DNA from: Octopus sinensis
Lineage: Eukaryota
Reading direction: 5' to 3'
Length of the DNA stretch: 64,000 bases
Assembly (NCBI RefSeq): GCF_006345805.1
Contig: NC_042998.1
Coordinates: 49,414,001-49,478,000 of the forward strand
Of this stretch, positions 37,472-48,660 are shown one piece after another. Under the pieces are notes generated by a model. That model made no database searches. It was not told where the DNA came from and worked only from the letters and a program-made list of their open reading frames with translations. How positions within the stretch are numbered: position 1 is the stretch's first letter; each line of letters starts with the position of its first letter. The position numbers and the translations under genes are program-made.

Positions 37472-38170
37472 TATATATATATAAATATATATATAATCAG
37501 CAGATGTGATTCAGAGATTCTCAGCACAGGAAACAGTAGCTCTCAAATGATTCGAACTTAGACTCCAATGGCTTTACGAGGGACTAATCCCGCGGGGTAA
37601 AGAGTGGCTAGAAGAGGAATCTAGGTGGGCAGATATGGAAGCAATTATGCGGATATGTATATATCTATGTCTGTGTGTCTTTGTGTCTATGCTTGTTCCC
37701 CTCCCCGTCTGCTATCGCTTGACAATTGGTGTTGGTGTGTTTACGTCCCCGTAACTTAGCGATAGAATAAATACCATCTTAAAAAATGTATTGAGGTCGA
37801 TTCATTCGACTGAAAATTCTTCAAGGCGATATCCCAGCATGGTCGCAGTCTAATGTCTGAGACAAGTAAAAGATAAAAGGTAAAAAACAAAAACAAAGCC
37901 AAAAAAAAAAAACCATCCTTAAAATGGATAAACAAGAAAAGGAAAATAATTAATCAAAGTTGGTTTTACATACTCTTTCCTACCCGACTTAATTGCAGCT
38001 GATAAAGCCCGAAGAACCCCAATCGAATCAATTTGCTAAGACGGTCCTTTGGTGGGGGTTGGTTATAGGTGTTACAAATTAGACAGTTTTGAGTTGCAAA
38101 GGCCACTATAGGAGTGGTAGAAAACGCAGACTGAGTATGAGGATCAGAGGAAAGGGAAATGATATGTTGC

Positions 38171-38366
38171 AAGATTAATGTTAAGACTAATTAGCTGAGT
38201 AAATTGGAAAATTATTCAAGTTGTACCAAGAAGGAATCTACGTTTTAACTTCTAAAAATAACGAATTATTTTAAGTATCTTTTACGTTTTCTTGTTTCAC
38301 TCACTAGACTGTGGACATGCTGGGGCACCGCCTTGAATTTTAGTCGAACGAATCGACCCCAGTGCC
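38171..38366. repeat. Direct repeat of 46567-46766 (unique flank + SINE tail)
   Basis: aagattaatgttaagactaattagc.gagtaaattggaaaattatt.aagttgtac...cccagtgc in both copies. Confidence 0.9.
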
Positions 38367-38471
<105 letters not shown>

Positions 38472-38507
38472 TATTATTATTATTATCATTATTATTATTA
38501 TTATTAT

Positions 38508-38660
38508 TACCTCCGCCTTAGTGAAGGCGGAGGTATTGTTTTCAGTCGTGTTTGTTTGGTTGTTTGTCCATGGACAAGAAATCTCAAGAACCGCTCGAAC
38601 TGATTAGATTTTGGGATCGATCCGCTACTAGACAAAGATTCTGGATTATTGTTATATTTG
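38508..38660 (+). mobile_element. Helentron/HINE-like 5' fragment
   Basis: Terminal hairpin tacctccgcc-ttagtgaa-ggcggaggta followed by gtttgtttg repeats. Confidence 0.5.
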
Positions 38661-39425
38661 TTTTACTTTACACGATTACGATCTTACGTTGACCTTCAAG
38701 TCTTTCTCACTTATCTCCCTTTAGGCTGTTTTCAAAGTTTTATTTTCGTTTCTGTATAATTATTTTTACTCGCGTCTCTATCTTAGTAGAAACTGATGTA
38801 TAAAGAAATCAAACTACATAAACAAATGGCAGTAAAACCGTTCATAAATTAAAAAAAAAACATTAACATATTTTTATAATGTATATATTATATATTATAC
38901 ATACATATTAACATTTTACAGTATACTTACATATATACATACATCTATACATCGATCTAAAACAACAGGAATACTGAAGGCATTTAAGAGAAGAGAAAAC
39001 TAAAAGGTCTCATGCTATTCATGAGAGCTTATTATTATTACCCCTACCTTTGGAACTATTTTCAATGGTGAATTTGTTAACTTTGGCTTGCATTATATAA
39101 GAATAAACTATTTATTATTGTTACTGGACTTTCTACAGCCACCTTCACATTCCATGAGTACCATTGGGATCAATCAGGTACTGGACAAGGATTCTGGATT
39201 ATTTTTCCGTTTTTTTTTTTCACTTAACTTTTGAGAGCGGTCGGATTCATTTTTAGTATTCTCGTTTGGGAGAGTAGTCGAGTATATTTCAGATGTTCTC
39301 ATTTTAAAAATCATCTCTGGACGTTGAGAGGTCGTTGGTGTTGTATTGGCAGAGATTTGCGCTCTCTGAATGCTCTTGTTATTATTGCTGTTGTTGTTGC
39401 TGTTATTATTATTATTATTATTATT

Positions 39426-39461
<36 letters not shown>

Positions 39462-39489
39462 ATTATTATTATTATCATTATTATTATTT

Positions 39490-41700
39490 TATTCAGTAGT
39501 CTTATTTTTATCATGTGCTTTCACTGCAAAGCCGAGTGCAGCTCTGTGTGTCTTGGGTATGTGCTGTGGTTTGCTGCGGTGCTCTTATCTTCACTGTATT
39601 GAAAGTGTTTTACGTAGGATGTGTGCGGTGCCTAGTAGTGCTATTTTCTGTATGTTATATATACTTGTAAGTCCTAGTGTTTTTGTTATGTATTTGTTTG
39701 AATGTTTTTTTTAATATCATACCTAATGCACTTACTATAATAGGAATTGTTTCTGTTTTTAGGCTCTCCATTCGAGTTTATTTTCAGATCTTTGTATTTT
39801 GAAAGTTTCTCCTTTATTTTTTTTTAGAGAAACGTTGTCATCTTTTGGCATTGATACATTGATTAGAAAGCATCTTTTTTTCTTGATGATCTCTGACATC
39901 TATATCCGGCCTATTGGCCTTAATTTCTCTGTCTGTGTGTATTGGCATATCACAGAGTACGGTTGCTTTCTCATTTTCTGTGATCTTTTCTGGGGCGTAC
40001 CTTATACCATCTTTTTTCTGTTGTTATTCCATAGTGTTGGCATAGCTTCCAGTGTATACAGGCCCCAACTCTGTCGTGTCTGTGAATATATTCCTTCTTA
40101 GCCAGGACCGGGCAGCCAGAGACAATATGATTTATTGTTTCTTCTCCACCACATATTCTGCAGTAACTTGTGCTTCTTTTCATGACGTGTTTTTGGTGAT
40201 TTCTGGTGGGAAGGCTTTGATCTTGTACTGCAATTAAAAATCCTTCAGTCTCTGCTTTGAGTTCTGAGCTTTTCAGCCATTGTTGGAATTTTACAGCTTT
40301 TGTTGTTTCTTCTTTTTTTCATAGCTGTTAGGTACTATGACTTCTTTTTGTATTTGTCAGCTTCCTTAAAGACAGAAGACAGTTTTTTGTTTTGTTCGAG
40401 TTTCGTGGCTATCTGCATTAGCTTTCCTTGCTTCTGAAGTAGGTATGTCTGTAGTCCTATGGTGGTTATTTTGTAATGGTTTTCTAGCTGCATAAGACTT
40501 CTACCACCTTCAATACGTCGTATATATAACCTTTCGACGTCAGATTTTGGATGGTGTATCCTAAATCCTGTCATTAATTTTCTTGTTTTCCTGTCTGTTT
40601 TGAATAGTTCACTTAGAGACCAGTTAAGAATATTGTAGCTGTAACTTATAACCGAGGCGGCTAAAGTGTTGACACGCATTATCATTTTTTTTTTGCATTG
40701 AAATCTGTTTTTAATATTAATCTAACACGTCTGTAGTATTCCTTTCTTATCTTCTCTTTCAGTTGTGTGCGTTGTATCGTATCTGGTTTATTGATTCCTA
40801 AGTATTTGTATGCTTGGCCTTGGTCTAATTCTCTTATTTCATTTGCTTTAACTAGTGTGATTTTGTTGCACTTAACTAGTTTTCATCTTTTCAAGGTTGC
40901 TTTAGCACATTTTTCTAAGCCTAATTTCATGTTTATTTCTTTGGTAAATCCATGTACTGTCTGTAGTTAATGTTTCCAGCTGTTTATCATTTGTAGCATC
41001 CAGTTTTAGGTCATCCGTATACAAGAGATGATTGAGTGTTTTGTCGTAACAGTTGTAACCACATTCAGTTCTGCTTAGCATGTCAGATAAAACTGTCAGT
41101 GCCAAGCAGAAAAAAAGTGGAGGGAGCGTGTCTCTCTGGAATATTCCTCTTCTAATGGGGATGGCTTTGGTTTTGAGTCCCACTTTTGTCTGGAGCTGTA
41201 GCATTGTCTGCCATTTATTCATGAAATGTTTTATATATTTTATGATTACTGGTGCTACCTTGTTCATGGCTAGTGTTTCTAGGATCCATGTATGGAGAAT
41301 ACTATCAAAAGCCTTTCGATAATCAAGCCAAGCCATACTTAGACTCTTCTTGTTTCTGTGGCTTTCTTCACTTATGGCTTTATTGATCAGATGATAATCT
41401 TTACAGCTGTATGAGCCCTTGCAGCATCCCTTTTGCTCTTCTGGAAACAGGGTGTTTTCTTCGAGATGTTTGCCCATTCTCTGCGATATTATTGCAGTAA
41501 AGGCTTTGTAAATTGTAGAGAGACAAGTTATCAGTCAATAATTTTGTGGGTTTGCCGTTTCATTGGATTTGGGAATTAGGATAGTTTTCCCTTCCGTGGG
41601 TCATTCAGGCACTGTCTCAGGCTCTGCTAGTATTTCATTAAATTTCTCAGTCAGCGTTTTATGTATCCCTGTTAGATATTTTAACCGGAAGTTGGGGTAT
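39490..41700 (-). mobile_element. R4/Dong-like LINE (RT + CCHC + restriction-like endonuclease), 5'-truncated, degenerate
   Basis: AWLDYRKAFDS, GIFQRDTLPP, HLLYTDDLKL, CRICGGEETINHIVSGC..RHD..IHWKLC. Flanked by ATT-type microsatellites on both sides. Confidence 0.9.
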
Positions 41701-41714
41701 TATCATCATCATCA

Positions 41715-41782
<68 letters not shown>

Positions 41783-42336
41783 GAGTGAGCGAGCAGAGCA
41801 TGCCATCAAAGTGACACTGGGGTAAAATATACGAAACCCAGTATACCCATCATGACTACCCGTCTGATAAGGGTACACCAGGCACATGCATCACAACCAT
41901 ATGTGCGCGACATGGTGATCTCATATCAAGATAAACAGCACATGACCTTGCAGGTGGAGCCCAGTTAGAATTTTCTTCAGATCGAGTAACCCATTCCGCT
42001 CAAAAGGTCCCTGAATAAGGGTTGTTTAAGGACGTTGAACGAAACACCCATGTTTCCAGAGGTGAATTATTCAAACCCCAAAGGATCTTTCTCAACACAT
42101 GGCTATGATGCTCCCCCACTACTTCTGCTCGTGATCAGAGATGCACATATCGTCAGCCACTAAGGGACATGCTCAACTGGTTAAGGTCAAACAACTGACA
42201 AGCAAATCTGTGGTATTGAGCAGAATATTTGCTGTAGCCCATCTTTTATACCAAGACAAAACAATGTACATGATAACACTTCCAATCAGTTAAGATCAGA
42301 AGCCATGAGAGCCACTGCCTGGTACTGCATCAGGGC

Positions 42337-42339
<3 letters not shown>
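41783..42339. repeat. ~555-bp non-coding element embedded in (TTA)n
   Basis: Complex-sequence block with no ORF in the track, bounded on both sides by (ATT)n. Confidence 0.6.
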
Positions 42340-42409
<70 letters not shown>

Positions 42410-43340
42410 TTTCCTTCTTAATACAGTGTAGGTAAAAAGGCATCGGAGTCTTTAGTCATCTGTCAAGTCACAACAAGAATCCCAGACATATTTTCCTTAG
42501 GATGTGCGATGCGACCAATAAGGCCGCTTTTTGAAAGACATCAACCTTGCATGGGATTTCCAGTTGCCTTCAGAAGTTTTGAAGTTTCGATGGAATTGAG
42601 CCCAACGCTCCGATCACCACTGGTACCACTTTTACATTACCCTCTCGCATTCCATACAGTCTTGCCATTTCCACTTTCAATTCGGAATACTTGGTGATTT
42701 TTTTCAACTTCTTTACTCACAACATTCATGTCATTTGGTATGGCTACATCAATGATCTGACAGTATTTTTCTCTCTTATTCAATATAACAATATCCGACC
42801 GACGGTGTTTGATTAAACGATCCGTCTGAAAATCATAGTCCCAGAATATCGTTACTTTTCCATCCTCCTGCATAACTTTACTTGGTACATGCTCATGCCA
42901 ATTCTCTGTTACTTCATATTGGTATTTACAGGATAAGAGCCAATGAAGATACACACACACTTTATCGTTGTGGTGTTTGTATTCTTTTTATGCAAGGCTG
43001 TCACACCCACTTACCAAGTAGATCACATTTTCCGCACTTTTTCCTCAGAGTTTGCATTTCTGGGTGTCAGTAGTTTTATAGATGTTATACTTCATTGAAT
43101 TGGTAGCGAGAGCCTGGTCTTGTGCAGCAATGATCAGGCTTTCGGTGGTACGCTTCGAATCACCTCGCTCAAGCCATGCCCACGATGCTGTATTTTCCTT
43201 AACGTCCTGTGTATTCCTTTCAAACTGTCCATGCATTCTCATTTCAAGGTCTTCTTTTCTCCTCTCCTCAGCTCTTTGGTTAAACTCTTGTCGCACAGTA
43301 TCCAATATCGTGATATTGCTGATTGAAAATATTGTGTTTA
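42410..43340 (-). mobile_element. R4/Dong-like LINE 3' fragment
   Basis: MHGQF..SWAWLERG..ESLIIAAQDQAL...KC; WDYDFQTDRLIKHRRSDIVI...IIDVAIPND. (AAT)n tail. Confidence 0.88.
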
Positions 43341-43344
43341 CCGG

Positions 43345-46300
43345 GGGTTTGCACCGCCTGTCAAGTCACAACAAGGACCTCAGACAGACAGTGCTTTAAG
43401 CAATATGCGTGCAGTTCCAAGCAATGGCAATTTTTGCAAGATTGTAGTGTGTTTCTAAAGTTTCTCAATGATTTTTCAGGTTGGGTGGTATTTAGCCCAA
43501 TGTTCCGATAACAACAGGGACAACGTTTATGTTTGACTCTCGTAGCTGCCACATCTTAGCGATCTCAATTCTCAGGTTTCCATATTTATCAATTTTTTCT
43601 CTTTCTTTCATGATAACATGTTGGTCTCCTGGTACTGCCACGTCGATTATTAGGTACTCTTTTTTGTCACTCCTAAAGGTTACTATATCCGGCCTTCGGT
43701 ACTCTAACACATTGTCTGAAAGTCAACGTCCCAGAGGATTTTTTCCTCCCCCTTTTCGTTCATTACCTTTCCTGGTGTATTTTGGTACCAAGCACCCGTT
43801 ACCTCGTATCCATACTTCTGGCATAGTAGCCGGTGAAGGTTTTGCGCTATCTTGTCGTGTCTGTACAGTCTTAACCAGCCTCTCCATTTCAAGCTCTGTT
43901 TTTGCGAACAGTTTTAAATCATCCACGAAGAGAAGGTGGTTGAGATGAGGTCCATTCTTTCTCAATTCATAGTGCGCGTTGACTTTACGTAGGACTGCAG
44001 AAAGTGGGATCAAGGCTATAACAAATAACAAAGGTAAACAAAAGTTTCCCTGAAAGATACTTCTATTAATTGTTACCTCGGCTAAGTGCTGGTTGTTACA
44101 GAAAACACACGTTTTCCAACTAGGCAAGCTGTTCTTAATCAGTGCACACACGTTCTCAGCTACTCCACACATGTCGAATGTTTCCAAAATCCAGGAATGC
44201 GCCAACATGTCGTAAGCCTTTTTAAAGTCCATCCAGGCCATGCATAATTTTTTTGTACTAATTACAGTTCTTCATTAGAACCTTGTCTATCACAAGGTGG
44301 TCCTTGGTGCCCTTGGATCTTTTTCGGCATCTCCTTTGTTCTACTGGAAGTAGAACTGGAAGGAACATATATATTTTCCCTACGAAGATGCCTGTTAACA
44401 TTTTCATAAGGGGTTAAGACAAGCAATAGGTCGGTAATTGCCAACCTCATTGCCCTTTCACCGATCTTTAAGCAACAATGATGTCTTTCCCTCTTCAATC
44501 CATTACGGAACTGCACCACTCTGTAGGCAATTGTTTGTTGTTGACCTAAACCACTTGAGCCAGTTGCCTTGTATTCCGTCTGGTCCTACTATTTCAGTTC
44601 GGCAGTTTTGATACCCGTGCAATTACATCTTCCGTTGTTATGTGCACATGGTCCTCTCATGGAGCCTCCGGGTGATGGAGTTCGGATCTCACGGGATGAA
44701 TCCACTCAGCACTGTGATGGTGGGAAACTTCTTTCCCCCAGATGTTATTCCAAAATTGGCGGGTTTCCTCTGCTTCAGGAGGTATATTATCTTCCGTTTC
44801 TCCTCCTAAGCTCTTAACAAACTGCTTCTGGTTATTTGAGAATAACAGGTTTTGCTGGAACTGCGATATGCGATCAGTGTAGCGTTGCACCTTTAATGTT
44901 TTTGTCCGCACTCGTTGTTTTAGGGTTTCCATAACAGTTTTGAACCCTTTCTTTTTTATTTGGTATTTTGCGTCAAGATATTCCCTTGCACTCTCTTTTA
45001 GCATTTTTCGATTGCCCCTGGGACCATTCTTCTATGCGACTCAGATCTTTACGCAAAATTTTAATATCACCTTTAGTTCTCCGCTTCCACCACGACTCCT
45101 GCCCGTCTGTTTTTCTCTCTTTCTTTCCAACCAGTTCATCTACTAAAATCGAAGCGAATCTGATCAAGTCCCTCATTTCCGTTAGATCTTTTGTCAGAAT
45201 GTATTTCAGAACCTCATCAACCTTTTGGCTCGCGCGTTTCACAATGTTACATTCGAAGCTTCTCAAATTCACCGGCTTGGTCTCCGTTCTTGTAACTATT
45301 ATATTCTCGAGTCTTACCTTGAGGTTTCTCTGTTTGTCAGCCATATCCTCTCGTAATACATTATATTGGTTGGCCGGCCTCTCCTCTACTACAATTTCAT
45401 CTTCCTACGCATTCGCTGATCTTCACCTACATTATCTTCCTAGAGGTTATCATCACTGCGGAGACTTTTCCTGATTGTCTGAATCTGAGCCTCATTAAGA
45501 AAGCCACTATTTCGAATTATTCTTATCTGATTCATGAGCCCATTTTCAGTAATCTGGAGCATAGCCAACTGGTTAAAAATTTGTAATGATCTTTTCCCGA
45601 CAATTTTACATTTGTCATTGTTCTTATCTTTCAAGGTTTGTTTATAGCACTTAATTGCCTTTTTGTTCATATCAACAGACCATTTTCATTTGCGAGTAAA
45701 AAGACTACGACTGGATAGAGCCTGGTCTTCTACTCCATTGTCTTCTGAGAGGCCCCTGCCGAATGCGGGAGATTTGGTGTCTTGGAAATCCAGGGGAGTG
45801 TTCCCGTTCATGCTGTTATTTGGTTTTGAAATTGTTGTCATCATTGCAAACAATGAGAATGATTTTTTACTGGGTTTGAGATTTTCATGTAAAGAGTTAC
45901 CCCAAATACAACACCAGCTCTAACTTGGTTGCCGGCCAAAGCTTTAGGACGCCAAGTTCACCCTGTGTAACGTACCGCAGGCCTCCTACAGAAACAGAGG
46001 TTACAACGGTCTATGTAGTGCAGGAGTGGCACCAATTGCCTGCGCTGTTCACATGGACAGTCGCATGCAAAATTACACTAACTGATCTGTCCTTCCTCTG
46101 CGATGTTAGGTGTGATTTGAAAGAGATGAAATTACTCTTTCTAGCATGCCGAAAGACTTGTCAAAGAGTAATCTTCTTCGGTGGACAGGCTCAGTGTATG
46201 AAAATCAAGATCATTGCTTTTGTCCTTACTTCTGTAGCCATGGTAAATCTTTTTATCGTTGTTGTTTTTGTCATTAGCTAGGCTATGTTCTCTAACCACA

Positions 46301-46440
46301 GGATCCGAGAGGGATGAGTTGGTTGGCAGGTTGTAGTTGCTTCCTGTGCTGTTGATGTTGTAGTTGTTGCTTTTGTCCTTGTCTGGGTAGCCTTCTATCG
46401 CCGATGTCAATTACTACCTTTATTGTTGAATCTATGTATG
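43345..46440 (-). mobile_element. R4/Dong-like LINE with long 5' region and internal deletion
   Basis: N-terminal R4-type region (45440-45670), WWKRR..LRKDLSRI, AWMDFKKAYDM, HLLFVDDLKLF, RPDIV..IIDVAVPGD..VPVVIGTLG. Confidence 0.88.
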
Positions 46441-46492
<52 letters not shown>

Positions 46493-46765
46493 AGGCAGCA
46501 AAAGTAGTAGTGGTAGCAGTAGTAGAATGGCTGGTTGGCTGGTTGAATCGGTGATCAGGAAACAAAAAGATTAATGTTAAGACTAATTAGCAGAGTAAAT
46601 TGGAAAATTATTTAAGTTGTACTACGATGGAATCTATGTTTTAACTTCTAATAATAACGAATTGTTTTAAGTATCTTTTACCCATTTCTTGTTTCACTCA
46701 CTAGATTGCGGCCATGCTGGAGTACAACCTTGAAGAATTTTAGCCGAACGAATCCATCCCAGTGC

Positions 46766-46870
46766 TTCTTCTTCTTCTTCTTCTTCTTCTTCTTCTTCTT
46801 CTTCTTCTTCTTCTTCTTCTTCTTCTTCTTCTTCTTCTTCTTCTTCTTCTTCTTCTTCTTCTTCTTCTCC
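46766..46870. repeat. (CTT)n microsatellite
   Basis: Direct inspection. Confidence 0.95.
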
Positions 46871-46904
46871 TCCTCCTCCTCCTCTCCTCCTCCTCCTCCT
46901 TTAC

Positions 46905-47520
46905 ACGTGCACCAGTCTATTTCAGCCATACTGGTAGTTGAGTGCTGATACTTCCAAGTGCACCAACTACTATTGGTATCACGTTTACTCTCTTCATTAA
47001 TCACAACTTCCGTATTTCCCACTTTAAATCGTCGTAGTTGTTTATTTTTTCTTCTTCTTTCACCGGGGCCTGCTATGTCGACGATCATACATGTTCTTTC
47101 TTTTTAATTCACCACGACAATATCCGGTTTCGATGTCTGGTCAGCTGATCGCACTGGATTATTGCATCCCACATGATTTTGCAATTCTCATTTTCGGTGA
47201 CTCCTTCTGGAGTTTGCTGATACCATGTCTTTGCTCTTTGTAGACCGTGATTTTCACAGAGTTCCCAATGGATCATTCTTATCATATTGTCATGGCATCT
47301 TTTGTATTCGCGCTGTGCCAATTTTAGGCATTCGCTAACGATGTGCCATACTGTTTCAGACCTCTTTCCTCACATTCTGAAATTGCTACTATCGGTAGTG
47401 TTGTCTATTTTTCACTTCATAAAGTTGGCCCTTAACGCTTGCTCCTGAGCTGCGCATATGAATGCTTCTGTCTCTATTTTCAGGCCACTCTCCTCATCCA
47501 TAGCCACCGGTATTTTTTGA
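46905..47520 (-). mobile_element. R4/Dong-like LINE 3' fragment
   Basis: EYKRCHDN..RMIHWELC...ENENCKIMWD..IQCD; ETEAFICAAQEQAL. Confidence 0.85.
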
Positions 47521-47551
47521 TATTGCTGTTGTTATAATAATAATAATAATA

Positions 47552-47612
<61 letters not shown>

Positions 47613-47624
47613 CGATGATAACAG

Positions 47625-47830
47625 CAACGACAACAACAACATCGAAAAATACCTTAAGAATGAGAACCCAGGTTCGAAATTTCCCTAAGACACCTGATGA
47701 AGGCTGGAGGGTATATCAGCCGAAACGTTGTGTTAACAACAAACAAGATGAAGACAAACATCCGTCAATTGTAAATAATGTACATAATGTACATAATTCC
47801 TCATCTCTTAAATATAGAACTGTACACAAT
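47625..47830 (+). repeat. PLE pLTR-like repeat with canonical minimal hammerhead
   Basis: Contains the motif at 47689-47734. Confidence 0.6.
47689..47734 (+). ncRNA. Minimal type I hammerhead ribozyme, canonical CUGAUGA core
   Basis: GACAC-CUGAUGA-A-GGCUG(GAGGGUAUAU)CAGCC-GAAA-CG-UU-GUGUU. Confidence 0.75.
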
Positions 47831-48655
47831 TTTCGGTTTTGATGACGCCGGCCTTCTTCGTGTGCTTCAACTGGCTCCACGGCATTTTTTATACCACGCT
47901 AGGCTGATTTCTTCTGCTTCGATACAGTCCTGGCAACTGAACAAGCTTCTCTCACCCTTCCCTCTTGAAAAAAAGCCTATCGATGGTCTTGGTATCCATT
48001 TTCTTCATTTCTTTCTTTCTCCATTTTATAATTCCCGCTCCATAGCGAAGTGATTCTAACGCCCATGTATTAACTGATTTTATTCCATCCAGTCAACTTT
48101 GAACCAATCAATCACTGACTTGCTATTTTTCCAAATCCATAAATTTAATCAACTTTTCAACTTGCTTAAAGTACGATCTAAAATAAATTTGCTAATAAAA
48201 AGCTAATTTCAATAGAAACCCTAAATGTAGAGTAATTAACCCAGTTAAAACTAAAATAGGCATTATTAGCAAATATATTTTAGATCGCTTTTTTGCAAGT
48301 ATGCGCTGCTTTAGTTCTTCAATTACAACATTCAGGCCTTTCGTATCTACACCATACTTCTTCCTAACTTTTTCGAATTTCCATTCATTCTTAAGTTCTC
48401 GATTTTTTTTTCCTGACAAAGTATTGACACTACACTGTTCAAGGAGTTTATATCTTCAGAAATTCTCCTTTTCCACCACAGTTGTTTATTTTCTCTTCTA
48501 TCCGTCGCTTTTCTATTCTCAATAGTTCTCAATCCCATCCTTTCCGCCACGATCATACTTGTAGCCTTGATAAGATTATTTGTTTGTATGATGTTCTTAG
48601 TTCAATGTGTCTCAGTACATTATTGACTTTATTCCTCTCTTGATACACACGCACA
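47830..48655 (-). mobile_element. R4-like fragments interleaved with an inverted PLE piece
   Basis: 47830-48075 IDRLFFKR; 48290-48655 WWKRRI..DI..L...RKKYGV..KGLNVVIEELKQRILAK. Confidence 0.7.
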
Positions 48656-48660
48656 CATTA

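Noticed and set aside
42260-42339. Weak resemblance to 5S rRNA or snRNA on the minus strand
   Set aside because: Only scattered short matches. Not supportable without a search.
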